This document shows positions 1 through 8,033 of a DNA stretch of 32,000 bases, in pieces (position 1 is the first letter of the stretch; the number at the start of each line of letters is the position of its first letter). Source of the stretch: an uncultured archaeon (GTDB lineage: Archaea > Iainarchaeota > Iainarchaeia > Iainarchaeales > JAAZKV01); the NCBI GenBank assembly GCA_964551375.1, contig CAZKBG010000001.1, positions 420,001 through 452,000 of the forward strand, in the 5' to 3' direction. The notes under the pieces are model-generated. The model saw nothing but the letters and a program-made list of their open reading frames with translations, was not told where the DNA came from and did not search any database. The translations under genes and the position numbers were made by a program.

Positions 1-484
1 AAACCTTCTTTCCCTCTTTAAGAAACTGGACAATTTTTATCTGAAGCTGGGTTAAATTTCTCAAAGAATCAATAAACATTACTCCGTCAAAATCTTCTGC
101 GTTTGAAATGCTTTTTGAAACGCAGTCAATTACAAAAAACTTCTGATAAACGCCTGATTCGCTCAAAATAGAAGCAACCCCTTTGTAATTTCCGTTAAAA
201 AGAACCAGCACCGGAATTTCGCCGTTTTGAATGACAAGCTTTGAAAGCGCTGCAAAAAGATCCCTTGAATTTGTTACATCGCAGGAAAAAAGCGCCTGCC
301 CTTTAAAAGAAGCCGGAAGCTTTGACTTAACTTCAGTCAAAATCTTTTCAGGACCCAAAAGAGAAGAAAATGCGTCAAATTTAGCGGACTGTTTTGAAAC
401 TTCAGACGCGGTTGTCTCGCGATTTGATAAAATCGCCTCAAAAGCCTTTTTCTGCTCGTCAGTCAAAGTAAAAGATGATGCCAT
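1..484 (-). CDS. Edge-truncated CDS (N-terminal 161 aa visible): RecA/KaiC(FlaH)-like protein without a recognisable P-loop; paralog of 11181..11744
   Basis: Hand translation of the minus strand from ATG (484..482) gives MASSFTLTDEQKKAFEAILSNRETTASEVSKQ...GVYQKFFVIDCVSKSISNAEDFDGVMFIDSLRNLTQLQIKIVQFLKEGKKV with no stop down to position 1. It is absent from the ORF track because it leaves the window. The listed 231..512(+) ORF is its antisense shadow. It shares the block ..IDC.S....(I/F)....LT.LQ... with the 11181..11744 product. Confidence 0.6.
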   Translation of the reverse strand, partial: MASSFTLTDEQKKAFEAILSNRETTASEVSKQSAKFDAFSSLLGPEKILTEVKSKLPASFKGQALFSCDVTNSRDLFAALSKLVIQNGEIPVLVLFNGNYKGVASILSESGVYQKFFVIDCVSKSISNAEDFDGVMFIDSLRNLTQLQIKIVQFLKEGKKV

Positions 485-663
485 GCAAGAGAAATATGAC
501 TTAACTTGTTAATAAATCTAAAGTAGCGAAAAAAGATGGATAAATTTAAAATAAACTGAAAAAATCAAAAAAAATCCAATAAATAACTCTGCAAAAACTC
601 CATAAAGCCATCTTTATAAACAAGAAAGAAGTAATATTGATTGAAAAAAAAAGCGTGAACTTG

Positions 664-3045
664 ATGGGGTTATTCTCTGGAAAAAAAGAAGCCAAAGGCG
701 GCCTTGGGGAGATAAAAAACCTGACAATGGGCGCAAATAAGGCTGATTCGGGCAATAAAAATGAGGAGAAGTTAGTGTCAAGCTCCGTGGATAATGATGT
801 AAAACTATTTAAGGAACAGCAAAAAGCAGCAGAGAACCAGTCAATCGAACTTGATAAAGAAAAAACAAGCCTGTTTGAAGAAGCTAAAGCGCCAAGCGCG
901 TTTGACAAACTGCGAAATCTTTCAAACACAGTAACTGAAATCCCTAAAACAAAAACAATCACCACTGAAAACTTTTCAAAACCCGTTGTAAGCCAGCCCG
1001 CTCCTGAAAAAGTGGTGCCGACGAATGTTGGATTTGAAATTAAAAGAGAAGGAAATGCTCCAAAAATAATAAAAGAAAAAAATATTGCCAGCGCGCTTGA
1101 AACCCAGAGCACAAAAACTGACGCTGGGGATAAAAAGGACGTTTTCTTTGACTGGATGAAACAACCCCCAATTGATGCTCCGCTTGCTGATGATTTTAAA
1201 GAACAAAAAGAAGCCCCTATTGTTAATGAAGAAATTAAAATCAGCGTTGATACGCAGCTAAAGACTCCTATTGACGAACTTTTCAATACGCTTGAACAAT
1301 ACCCTATGCTTGATACTGGAAGACTCGCAGAGCTTTCAGGATTATCCTCTGAAATGATAGAACAAATAGCAAAATTGTTTGAAGAAGACGGGGTAATTGA
1401 AATAGAATATCCTGCAAGCCTTACAAAAAAACCAATTTTGAGGCTGAAAAATCCGGTAACAAGCAAAATAAACAAAGTGCCGAATGGAAAAGTGCTTGAA
1501 GAGTATCTTCTTGAAGTGGATTATGTTCCTGCAAAAATAAAAATAATACTTGCAGCAGGAGAAGCAAGGCCGATTTATGCTGTTGAGCTTCCTTCAATTG
1601 GAAAATACACTCTGCGGTTTTTGCAGTTCATAAAAGATGAAGTAGCAGAAACAATGCCGATTGATCTTGAAGAAATTGTCGACCCTAAAAAATCAAGAAA
1701 ACTAAAAGAAAGATTCTTTAATGAATTAAACTCTCACATGACAAAATACTTCCCGACTTCCCCAAAAGAAATTATCAGCATGCTTTCAGGAGTACTACTT
1801 CATGACATGTACGGACTGGGAAATATTGAACTAATAATGGGAGACGACATGCTTGAAGAAGTAAGCATAAACTCTTCAAAAACACCAATCACTGTTTATC
1901 ACAGAGTACAAGGATGGCTAAAGACAAACCTGCAGCCTGGAACTGAAGAAGAAATCAATAACTTATCCTCGCAAATCGGAAGAAAAATCGGAAGGGAAAT
2001 AACAGTTCTAAATCCAATACTTGATGCGCACTTATTATCAGGAGACAGAGTTAACGCAACCTTATTTCCAATCTCCGCTGAAGGAAACACCATAACAATT
2101 CGAAGATTTGCAAGAAAACCCTGGACAATAATTGATTTTATTGGAAAAGCGCACACAATGAACTCTGAAATGGCCGCAACACTGTGGCTTGCAATGCAGT
2201 ATGAATTAAACATTCTAATCGCAGGGGGAACAGCATCAGGAAAAACAAGCGCGTTAAATTCAATGCTTGCGCTTGTGCCAACATATCACAGAATACTAAC
2301 TATTGAAGATGTAAGGGAAATAGTGCTTCCAAAATATCTTGAATGGAACTGGGTGCCAATGGTAACAAGATCCTCAAACCCTGAAGGGTTAGGAGAAGTA
2401 ACAATGCTTGAACTAATGGTAACAAGCTTGAGAATGAGACCTGACCGTATAATTGTGGGGGAAGTAAGAAGAAAAAAAGAAGCAGAAGTACTAATGGAAG
2501 CAATTGAAACAGGACACAGTATTTACTCAACACTGCACGCTAACTCTGCGTACCAGGTTCTTAGAAGACTCGCAGAACCGCCAATTAATATTCCACTAAT
2601 GCAAATTGAACTAATTGACTTAATTGTAGTACAGTACCGTGACAGAAAAACAAACAAAAGAAGAACTTACGAAATTGCAGAAATTGAACAAACTTCAACC
2701 GGACAGGGACTCCAAGTAAACACAATATACAAATGGATTCCAAGAACTGATTCATGGGAGAAGTTAAATCGGCCAATAAAACTAATTACGCTATTAAACA
2801 TGCACACGGGACTAACTGAAGAAGAAATCGGCAGAGAAATACAAGACAGGCAGGAAATACTTGAATGGATGCAAAGACAAAACATAAACGAACTTGACAT
2901 AATAGGATTTTTAGTAAAATTATATTACTCAGATGCGAACATGATAAAGAAAATGGCAAAACAAAACACTCCATTTTCAAAAATAAAAGAACTGCTTGAC
3001 GAAGATAACAGACTGAATGAGGAAAATCAGCCAATACAACTGTAA
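664..3045 (+). CDS. Type IV pilus / archaellum-family secretion ATPase (FlaI/PilB/TadA/VirB11 superfamily) with a long N-terminal extension
   Basis: Walker A LIAGGTASGKTSALN, Walker B region RPDRIIVGEVRRKKEA and His box TGHSIYSTLHAN. It lies immediately upstream of two T2SSF platform genes. Start is uncertain: ATG 664 (preferred, downstream of TATA-like CTTTATAAA at 612-620) or TTG 637 as in the ORF track. Confidence 0.9.
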   Translation: MGLFSGKKEAKGGLGEIKNLTMGANKADSGNKNEEKLVSSSVDNDVKLFKEQQKAAENQSIELDKEKTSLFEEAKAPSAFDKLRNLSNTVTEIPKTKTITTENFSKPVVSQPAPEKVVPTNVGFEIKREGNAPKIIKEKNIASALETQSTKTDAGDKKDVFFDWMKQPPIDAPLADDFKEQKEAPIVNEEIKISVDTQLKTPIDELFNTLEQYPMLDTGRLAELSGLSSEMIEQIAKLFEEDGVIEIEYPASLTKKPILRLKNPVTSKINKVPNGKVLEEYLLEVDYVPAKIKIILAAGEARPIYAVELPSIGKYTLRFLQFIKDEVAETMPIDLEEIVDPKKSRKLKERFFNELNSHMTKYFPTSPKEIISMLSGVLLHDMYGLGNIELIMGDDMLEEVSINSSKTPITVYHRVQGWLKTNLQPGTEEEINNLSSQIGRKIGREITVLNPILDAHLLSGDRVNATLFPISAEGNTITIRRFARKPWTIIDFIGKAHTMNSEMAATLWLAMQYELNILIAGGTASGKTSALNSMLALVPTYHRILTIEDVREIVLPKYLEWNWVPMVTRSSNPEGLGEVTMLELMVTSLRMRPDRIIVGEVRRKKEAEVLMEAIETGHSIYSTLHANSAYQVLRRLAEPPINIPLMQIELIDLIVVQYRDRKTNKRRTYEIAEIEQTSTGQGLQVNTIYKWIPRTDSWEKLNRPIKLITLLNMHTGLTEEEIGREIQDRQEILEWMQRQNINELDIIGFLVKLYYSDANMIKKMAKQNTPFSKIKELLDEDNRLNEENQPIQL

Positions 3046-3060
3046 AAATGTGGTGAAAAA

Positions 3061-3963
3061 ATGGCAAACAAAAACAAAACTCCGGTGCTAATGCTTTATT
3101 CAGTAGAGAATGCAAAAAAATTCAGCGAAAAATACTTATTCATCGGAAGATTTCTTTCAAAAATAATATTTTCATTAAAATATGACCTGCAAAAAGCAGA
3201 AATTGATTTGGATGTTGAAAGATACTGCCTTGCAGCACTCATCTCGGCAAGCCTCTACGGATTAATGTTTATTTTTGTAGGAATGGCATTTGGAGCAATA
3301 ATTACCCGAAGCTTTGGAACACTGACAATAGGAATAATGGCAATAGCAAGCATTGGCTCATTTGTAGGGGCCCTAATTTTTCACTTATTTTACCCAAAAA
3401 TCGCATCATTCCAGTTAGCAGGACTTGTAGACCAAGACTTGTTATTTGCATTAAGAACAATGCTAATCCAGTTAAGCTCAGGAATAAGCTTATTTGAAGC
3501 AATGAAAAATGTTTCAAAATCAAGCTACGGACAGGTGTCAGTAGAATTTGCGCTTGCTATTAGAGATATTAATTCAGGAGTAAGCGAAACAGCCGCTCTT
3601 GAAAAACTTGCATTTAGAACAAAATCAGAGATCCTGAAAAAAACCGCTTGGCAAATAATTACCACAATGAGAAGCGGGGGCTCAATTGTAAATGCGCTAA
3701 ACTCACAGGTTGAGACGCTGGTTGAGCAGCAAATGGACGCAATAAAGTCATACTCTGCGGAACTAAACCTCTGGACACTTGTTTACTTAATAATTGCAGC
3801 AGCAATGCCTTCACTTGGAATAACATTTTTGGTAATTGCATCATCCATCGGCGGAAGCGGAATAGGAGCGGAAACAGTAATACTAATAATAGTAATGTCA
3901 ATTTCTGTACAGGTTGCCATGATTTTACTAATCAGGTCAAAAGTTCCAAAGGTAGTGAAATAA
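3061..3963 (+). CDS. Pilus platform membrane protein with a single T2SSF-like domain (FlaJ/TadC-like half)
   Basis: Polytopic membrane protein. A cytoplasmic helical block, LIQLSSGISLFEAMKNVSKSSYGQVSVEFALAIRDINSGVSETAALEKLA...RSGGSIVNALNSQVETL, is typical of T2SS protein F / FlaJ. GGTGA RBS at 3052-3056. Confidence 0.85.
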   Translation: MANKNKTPVLMLYSVENAKKFSEKYLFIGRFLSKIIFSLKYDLQKAEIDLDVERYCLAALISASLYGLMFIFVGMAFGAIITRSFGTLTIGIMAIASIGSFVGALIFHLFYPKIASFQLAGLVDQDLLFALRTMLIQLSSGISLFEAMKNVSKSSYGQVSVEFALAIRDINSGVSETAALEKLAFRTKSEILKKTAWQIITTMRSGGSIVNALNSQVETLVEQQMDAIKSYSAELNLWTLVYLIIAAAMPSLGITFLVIASSIGGSGIGAETVILIIVMSISVQVAMILLIRSKVPKVVK

Positions 3964-5025
3964 ATGTTTGCAGGACTCTCATCAATATTTGGAAGCCTCC
4001 TACCAAGAGAATTTGTTGAGACACAAGTAAAGGTTGCGCTTCAAAGAGCAGGCTCAAAAGACGACCCACGCACATGGGTAGGATTAAGAGTATTCATTGC
4101 AATTTTAACCGGAGCAATGGGCTTTCTTATCCCATTTAGTGTTTTCCCTCTTGCTAATATTTTGTTTAACGCTAACATTTACTTTGACCTGCCAATTCGA
4201 ATCGCGCTAATGATTGGATTTGCACTTGCAGGATTAATGGGAAGCTTGGTGATTTTTTATCTGCACATATCATATGTAATTGACGGAAGAAAAAAAATGG
4301 TTGAAAGCATACTTCCTGACTTTTTATTCCTTGTCGGAAATAATTTGAAAAGCGGAATGGCTCCATTTTATGCATTCCGCTCAGCTGTGCGCCCAGAATT
4401 TGGACCACTGAGCGAAGAAATCAAAATTGCCACTCAAAAAAGCTTAGGAGTTGAATCATTCTCTGACGCGTTAAAGCAAATGGGGGAAAGAATTGATTCA
4501 AAAATACTTGAAGACACAACAAAATTCTTCGGACAAGCACTTCGCTCAGGCGGACACTTGGCGCAATTAATAGAAACAACAGCGCTTGATATTAAACAAA
4601 CAAACAGATTGAAAAAAGAACTTGTAACTTCAACAAAAATGTACACTATGTTCATTTTATTTGTTGTAATAGTTGCTTCCCCAATGCTCTTAGCTGTAAG
4701 CGTTGAATTTTTGCATATTCTTGGAGGCATAAGTGAAAAAACCGCAGGAGTAAGCGGAATGACTAACGCAGCAATATCAAAGCAAACTGGAATGGGCTTA
4801 ACCGCGGGAGCAGTATCAATCACCCCTGACTTTATGCAAAACATAGGATACTTTATCATTCTTGTCAACTCGCTCCTTGCGAGTGTGTTTATTGGAATAC
4901 TTGGCGGGGGAAAAATAAGAGACGGACTCAAATATGCGCCTGTAATGATAATCGCAGGACTTGTGCTATTTGTTGTCTTCTTAACTCTTGTAAGCGGAGT
5001 ACTAAAAGGATTCAGCGGAGTATAA
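3964..5025 (+). CDS. Pilus platform membrane protein with a single T2SSF-like domain (FlaJ/TadB-like half)
   Basis: Contains LVGNNLKSGMAPFYAFRSAVRPEFGPLSEEIKIATQKSLGVESFSDALKQMGERI...RSGGHLAQLIETTA followed by TM helices. Its ATG directly abuts the TAA of the previous gene (3961-3966), which suggests translational coupling. Confidence 0.85.
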   Translation: MFAGLSSIFGSLLPREFVETQVKVALQRAGSKDDPRTWVGLRVFIAILTGAMGFLIPFSVFPLANILFNANIYFDLPIRIALMIGFALAGLMGSLVIFYLHISYVIDGRKKMVESILPDFLFLVGNNLKSGMAPFYAFRSAVRPEFGPLSEEIKIATQKSLGVESFSDALKQMGERIDSKILEDTTKFFGQALRSGGHLAQLIETTALDIKQTNRLKKELVTSTKMYTMFILFVVIVASPMLLAVSVEFLHILGGISEKTAGVSGMTNAAISKQTGMGLTAGAVSITPDFMQNIGYFIILVNSLLASVFIGILGGGKIRDGLKYAPVMIIAGLVLFVVFLTLVSGVLKGFSGV

Positions 5026-5116
5026 TTAAATAGCGGCTTATTAATAAACTCAAAAACCCACAAATCAGCTATAGAGTATAATAAAACTTCTTTACGTATG
5101 AATCCTTCGCAATAGG

Positions 5117-5125
5117 TTTAAATAC
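5117..5125 (+). promoter_or_regulatory. TATA box (TTTAAATAC) of the major pilin gene
   Basis: TTTAAATAC lies about 48 nt upstream of ATG 5173, with a GGGAGG RBS at 5159-5165. The identical 9-mer precedes the 58-aa ORF at 13045(-). Confidence 0.6.
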
Positions 5126-5172
5126 TACCCAGATATTATTGTATCAATAAAACTTCAAGGGAGGTAGTAAAA

Positions 5173-5634
5173 ATGATTGCAAAGAAAGGACAGGGAACAA
5201 TCGAATACTTGGTAATCATAGCAATTGTAATTGTAATTGCTTTGGTAGTTGTTGGATTGTTATTACAGATACTTCAGAACAGCGGAGGCGCAGGAGATTC
5301 AGCAGCGAAAGCTACTTGGAAATCAGGCTCACCGTGGGGAATTAGCGACTGGGCTTACGGTTCAGACGGTAATTTAACTTTAGTACTTGTGAACAACTCA
5401 AGCGACACATTAGAATTGAATAATGTTGCAATAACAGGCGGAACATACAGAACAGCTTCTGTAACAACAGTTCCACCAAGCGGAGGACAGTCAATAGTAA
5501 AAGTTGCTATTACATGCACAAGCGGCACAAAAGCAGCTTTCAAGAAATCAGATGTATCAATTGACTATAACTCACCATCAATCGACAACAAGACACAAGG
5601 CGGAGCAGCTGACATTGTAGTTAACTGCCCATAA
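5173..5634 (+). CDS. Major type IV pilin (archaeal class III signal peptide protein)
   Basis: N-terminus is MIAKKGQGTIEYLVIIAIVIVIALVVVGLLL: a short basic leader, then G/Q, E at +5 and a hydrophobic helix (the QGxxEYL class III signal motif). It has its own TATA box, a strong RBS and a terminator hairpin, and carries several N-x-S/T sequons. Confidence 0.85.
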   Translation: MIAKKGQGTIEYLVIIAIVIVIALVVVGLLLQILQNSGGAGDSAAKATWKSGSPWGISDWAYGSDGNLTLVLVNNSSDTLELNNVAITGGTYRTASVTTVPPSGGQSIVKVAITCTSGTKAAFKKSDVSIDYNSPSIDNKTQGGAADIVVNCP

Positions 5635-5650
5635 AAACCTCCAATTTTAA

Positions 5651-5691
5651 TTGAAGAAGAGCCAAAAGCTCTTCTTTCAATATATTTTTTT
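5651..5691 (+). terminator. Hairpin plus T-run terminator after the pilin gene
   Basis: TTGAAGAAGAGC (5651-5662), loop CAAAA, then GCTCTTCTTTCAA (5668-5680), followed by a T7 run at 5685-5691. Confidence 0.6.
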
Positions 5692-5809
5692 AATTTATTC
5701 CCTTGTGAAAAGAGTCCCCTATAAAGTAAGCGCTTTACTTCAATTATAAAAAAAGCAGAGGGGTTGATGAAGTAAATCAAAAAAAAACAAGCATAATTTA
5801 ACAGAGCAT

Positions 5810-6661
5810 TTATCTGTAAATTGCAATCAGTGAATTAGAATCAAACCTTGCATCACTTATTTTAATCCAAGAATTCCACTCAACAGGCATTATTTTTTCA
5901 AGCAGTTTAACCCGAAGAGAATAATCAATCTTTTCAGTGCTGTTTGTAAAAATCTCTACCCCAGCATCCTCTCCTGTTGACACAGTCCCAAATGTCACAA
6001 GCATATTTGAGTCATCGCTAAATACAAGAACAATGCTTGAAGCGGAGTTTAAATCAAGAAGCTCTGAAACTAAAAATGCATTTGAATCTCCAGAAAAATT
6101 AAAATTCACTGAAGAACTGCCGATAACAGGGCCCGCAGTCCATAAATAATAATTCAAATCCTTCCCAGCCCTGATGTTTAAGTCAATTGAAGATAATTCC
6201 CCATACCCGTTTTTTGGAGCAAATACAACTGATTTAGCGGAATAATTATTTCTAAAAACATAATTAGCGCCAGTATTGATTTCTGCTGCGCCGTCTGAAA
6301 GGCTTGTTAAGTCAGTGCTTTCAACCCATGCGTTAGAAGGAAACACCTTATTTGAAATAAAATCTGAATAAGACGATATTATGGAAGAATAATTTAAACT
6401 TCCTGAAACTGAGCCGTTAAACTCCAAAACCCCGTTGCCGTCAGCGTAAATTGAGAGCCCAAAAACCCTCAACAAATCATATGAAACATCATCAATCAAG
6501 TTAGGCACAAACACCGCTTTTGAAGAAAGAATAATCTGTTTCTCGTTAACAGAATTATTATTCGCATAAGTCTGGGCAAAGAACAAAAGAGTTGAAGCGA
6601 ATAAAATTATTGAAATGGTGAACAAAAAGCCCCTTGATTTATGGTTTAGTTTAAAAGTCAC
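5810..6661 (-). CDS. Pilin-like / pilus-associated secreted protein (degenerate class III signal)
   Basis: N-terminus is (M)TFKLNHKSRGFLFTISIILFASTLLFFAQ: basic residues, G, then a hydrophobic helix. The GTG start sits in a GTGA overlap with the upstream stop, and GGGGTGGG lies upstream. It is the last gene of the six-gene minus-strand cluster. Confidence 0.55.
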   Translation of the reverse strand: MTFKLNHKSRGFLFTISIILFASTLLFFAQTYANNNSVNEKQIILSSKAVFVPNLIDDVSYDLLRVFGLSIYADGNGVLEFNGSVSGSLNYSSIISSYSDFISNKVFPSNAWVESTDLTSLSDGAAEINTGANYVFRNNYSAKSVVFAPKNGYGELSSIDLNIRAGKDLNYYLWTAGPVIGSSSVNFNFSGDSNAFLVSELLDLNSASSIVLVFSDDSNMLVTFGTVSTGEDAGVEIFTNSTEKIDYSLRVKLLEKIMPVEWNSWIKISDARFDSNSLIAIYR

Positions 6662-7080
6662 TTAACCCACCCCTCAATTCTTGCGACAAAAAATGAAACA
6701 CTATTGCCGTCATTCACAACAAAACTCCTCTCAATTGAAGCAACCTCGCTTGCATTTTTAACACAGCCTGTTTTTACTGCATGCACTACTGGAAGAGAAG
6801 TAACTGGATTAGTTATTGTAACTTCAAAGCAGACATTCATAGCGCTCTCATTGAGCTTTGACAATAAAGCATCGCTTGAAGACTGGTTAACTGAATACTC
6901 AAGCGTCATTGTTTTTTCAAGAACAGCAGCTTCATCATTAACAATATTTCTCAAATCAATTAAGTTCCATGAAGTAAGCGATACTTGGGAAAGATAAAAG
7001 AAAGAAATAATTATGAAAAGCAAAATCAGGGTAGCGCCCAAAAATGCGTCAACTGTAATCACAAAGCCCTTATTATTCAC
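6658..7080 (-). CDS. Minor pilin-like protein (class III signal peptide)
   Basis: N-terminus is (M)NNKGFVITVDAFLGATLILLFIIISFFYL. GTG at 7080 is preceded by GGTGA (7090-7086) at 5-nt spacing. The ORF-track start at 7089 is an alternative. Confidence 0.6.
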   Translation of the reverse strand: MNNKGFVITVDAFLGATLILLFIIISFFYLSQVSLTSWNLIDLRNIVNDEAAVLEKTMTLEYSVNQSSSDALLSKLNESAMNVCFEVTITNPVTSLPVVHAVKTGCVKNASEVASIERSFVVNDGNSVSFFVARIEGWVK

Positions 7081-7085
7081 ATAAA

Positions 7086-7643
7086 TCACCCTGCGGAAGA
7101 AAGAATTACCTCAAAAATTGCATTTGAATTATTAAAAATAACAAGCCGCTTGTAAGAAAATTTAAGCTTTGGATTTGTTACAACCCTTCCCCCTTCAACA
7201 GGAGCTCCATTATACACTATTGTCGAGCCGTCAGAATCCGAAAGCCTAAAATACAAATCATAAGCCCCGAGTCCAAGCTTTACTCTCGTCTGAAGATAAG
7301 TTACATCATTATTCAAAAGATTTGCAAGCGCAACAACTTTCCCTGATTCAATAACATTAGGAGAAAAAGAAAGCCCTAAGAGAGAAACATTAGCAAAATC
7401 AAGAGTTTCCCAATTCCACGGCTCTCCGCTTGAAAGAAGCATCGAATTCATTGCTAAATGCGCTGATTCATCCGCAAGCTTTCTATCCTCAAAAATTGCC
7501 ACATCATTAAACACTGCGTTGCTTGAGCTGAAAAAAACAAGAAGCGCAAAAACAAAAACCGACATGGCAATCATAAGGTCAGGAGAGAAAAACTGTCCTT
7601 TATTATTCAAAAAATCACCCATTTCGAACAACAACCTTTCCAT
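7086..7643 (-). CDS. Minor pilin-like protein (class III signal peptide)
   Basis: Contains ...MGDFLNNKGQFFSPDLMIAMSVFVFALLVFF. An alternative start at ATG 7622 overlaps the upstream stop by 8 nt (ATGGGTGA). Confidence 0.65.
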   Translation of the reverse strand: MERLLFEMGDFLNNKGQFFSPDLMIAMSVFVFALLVFFSSSNAVFNDVAIFEDRKLADESAHLAMNSMLLSSGEPWNWETLDFANVSLLGLSFSPNVIESGKVVALANLLNNDVTYLQTRVKLGLGAYDLYFRLSDSDGSTIVYNGAPVEGGRVVTNPKLKFSYKRLVIFNNSNAIFEVILSSAG

Positions 7644-8022
7644 TTTCTTTTGAAAAAATAACCGTGCCGCTCGGCTCGCTTGTCAAAAGCTCCACTTCCT
7701 TTGCGACAAAAGGAACGCTCACTTCAAACTGCCCCTCATACACCACAACTGTGCTCCCTTCTATTGCAATTCTTCTCGCCCCGCCGCTCCATACTATTGA
7801 ATCAATAATCATCGCGTTGTTATCAAACAAATCAGCATTGCTTATGTCCCTTGCAATTCTAAACGCCACATCTTTTGCAATCCAGTTTGTGGTATAAGTA
7901 TAATTCATATCCATTCGGTCCTGAAAAATCGTAACGCCGAAAATAAAGACAAATAAAATCATAATAATTGTGACAATGAATTCCATAGTCACCTGCCCTT
8001 TAATGATTCGCGCTTTTACCAT
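7615..8022 (-). CDS. Minor pilin-like protein (class III signal peptide)
   Basis: N-terminus is MVKARIIKGQVTMEFIVTIIMILFVFIFGV (KG/Q, E at +5, hydrophobic helix). ATG 8022 is preceded by GGTG. The ORF-track GTG at 8031 is an alternative. Confidence 0.75.
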   Translation of the reverse strand: MVKARIIKGQVTMEFIVTIIMILFVFIFGVTIFQDRMDMNYTYTTNWIAKDVAFRIARDISNADLFDNNAMIIDSIVWSGGARRIAIEGSTVVVYEGQFEVSVPFVAKEVELLTSEPSGTVIFSKENGKVVVRNG

Positions 8023-8033
8023 AAACACCACTA

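Noticed and set aside
231-512. 93-aa plus-strand ORF in the track
   Set aside because: It is antisense to the longer edge-truncated minus-strand gene (1..484), which has a paralog in the window. It has no RBS and no recognisable features.
546-1475. 309-aa minus-strand ORF in the track
   Set aside because: It lies fully antisense to the N-terminal region of the pilus ATPase gene. The product is low-complexity Ser/Phe/Ile-rich with no motifs or RBS, which is typical of a shadow ORF opposite Lys/Glu-rich coding sequence.
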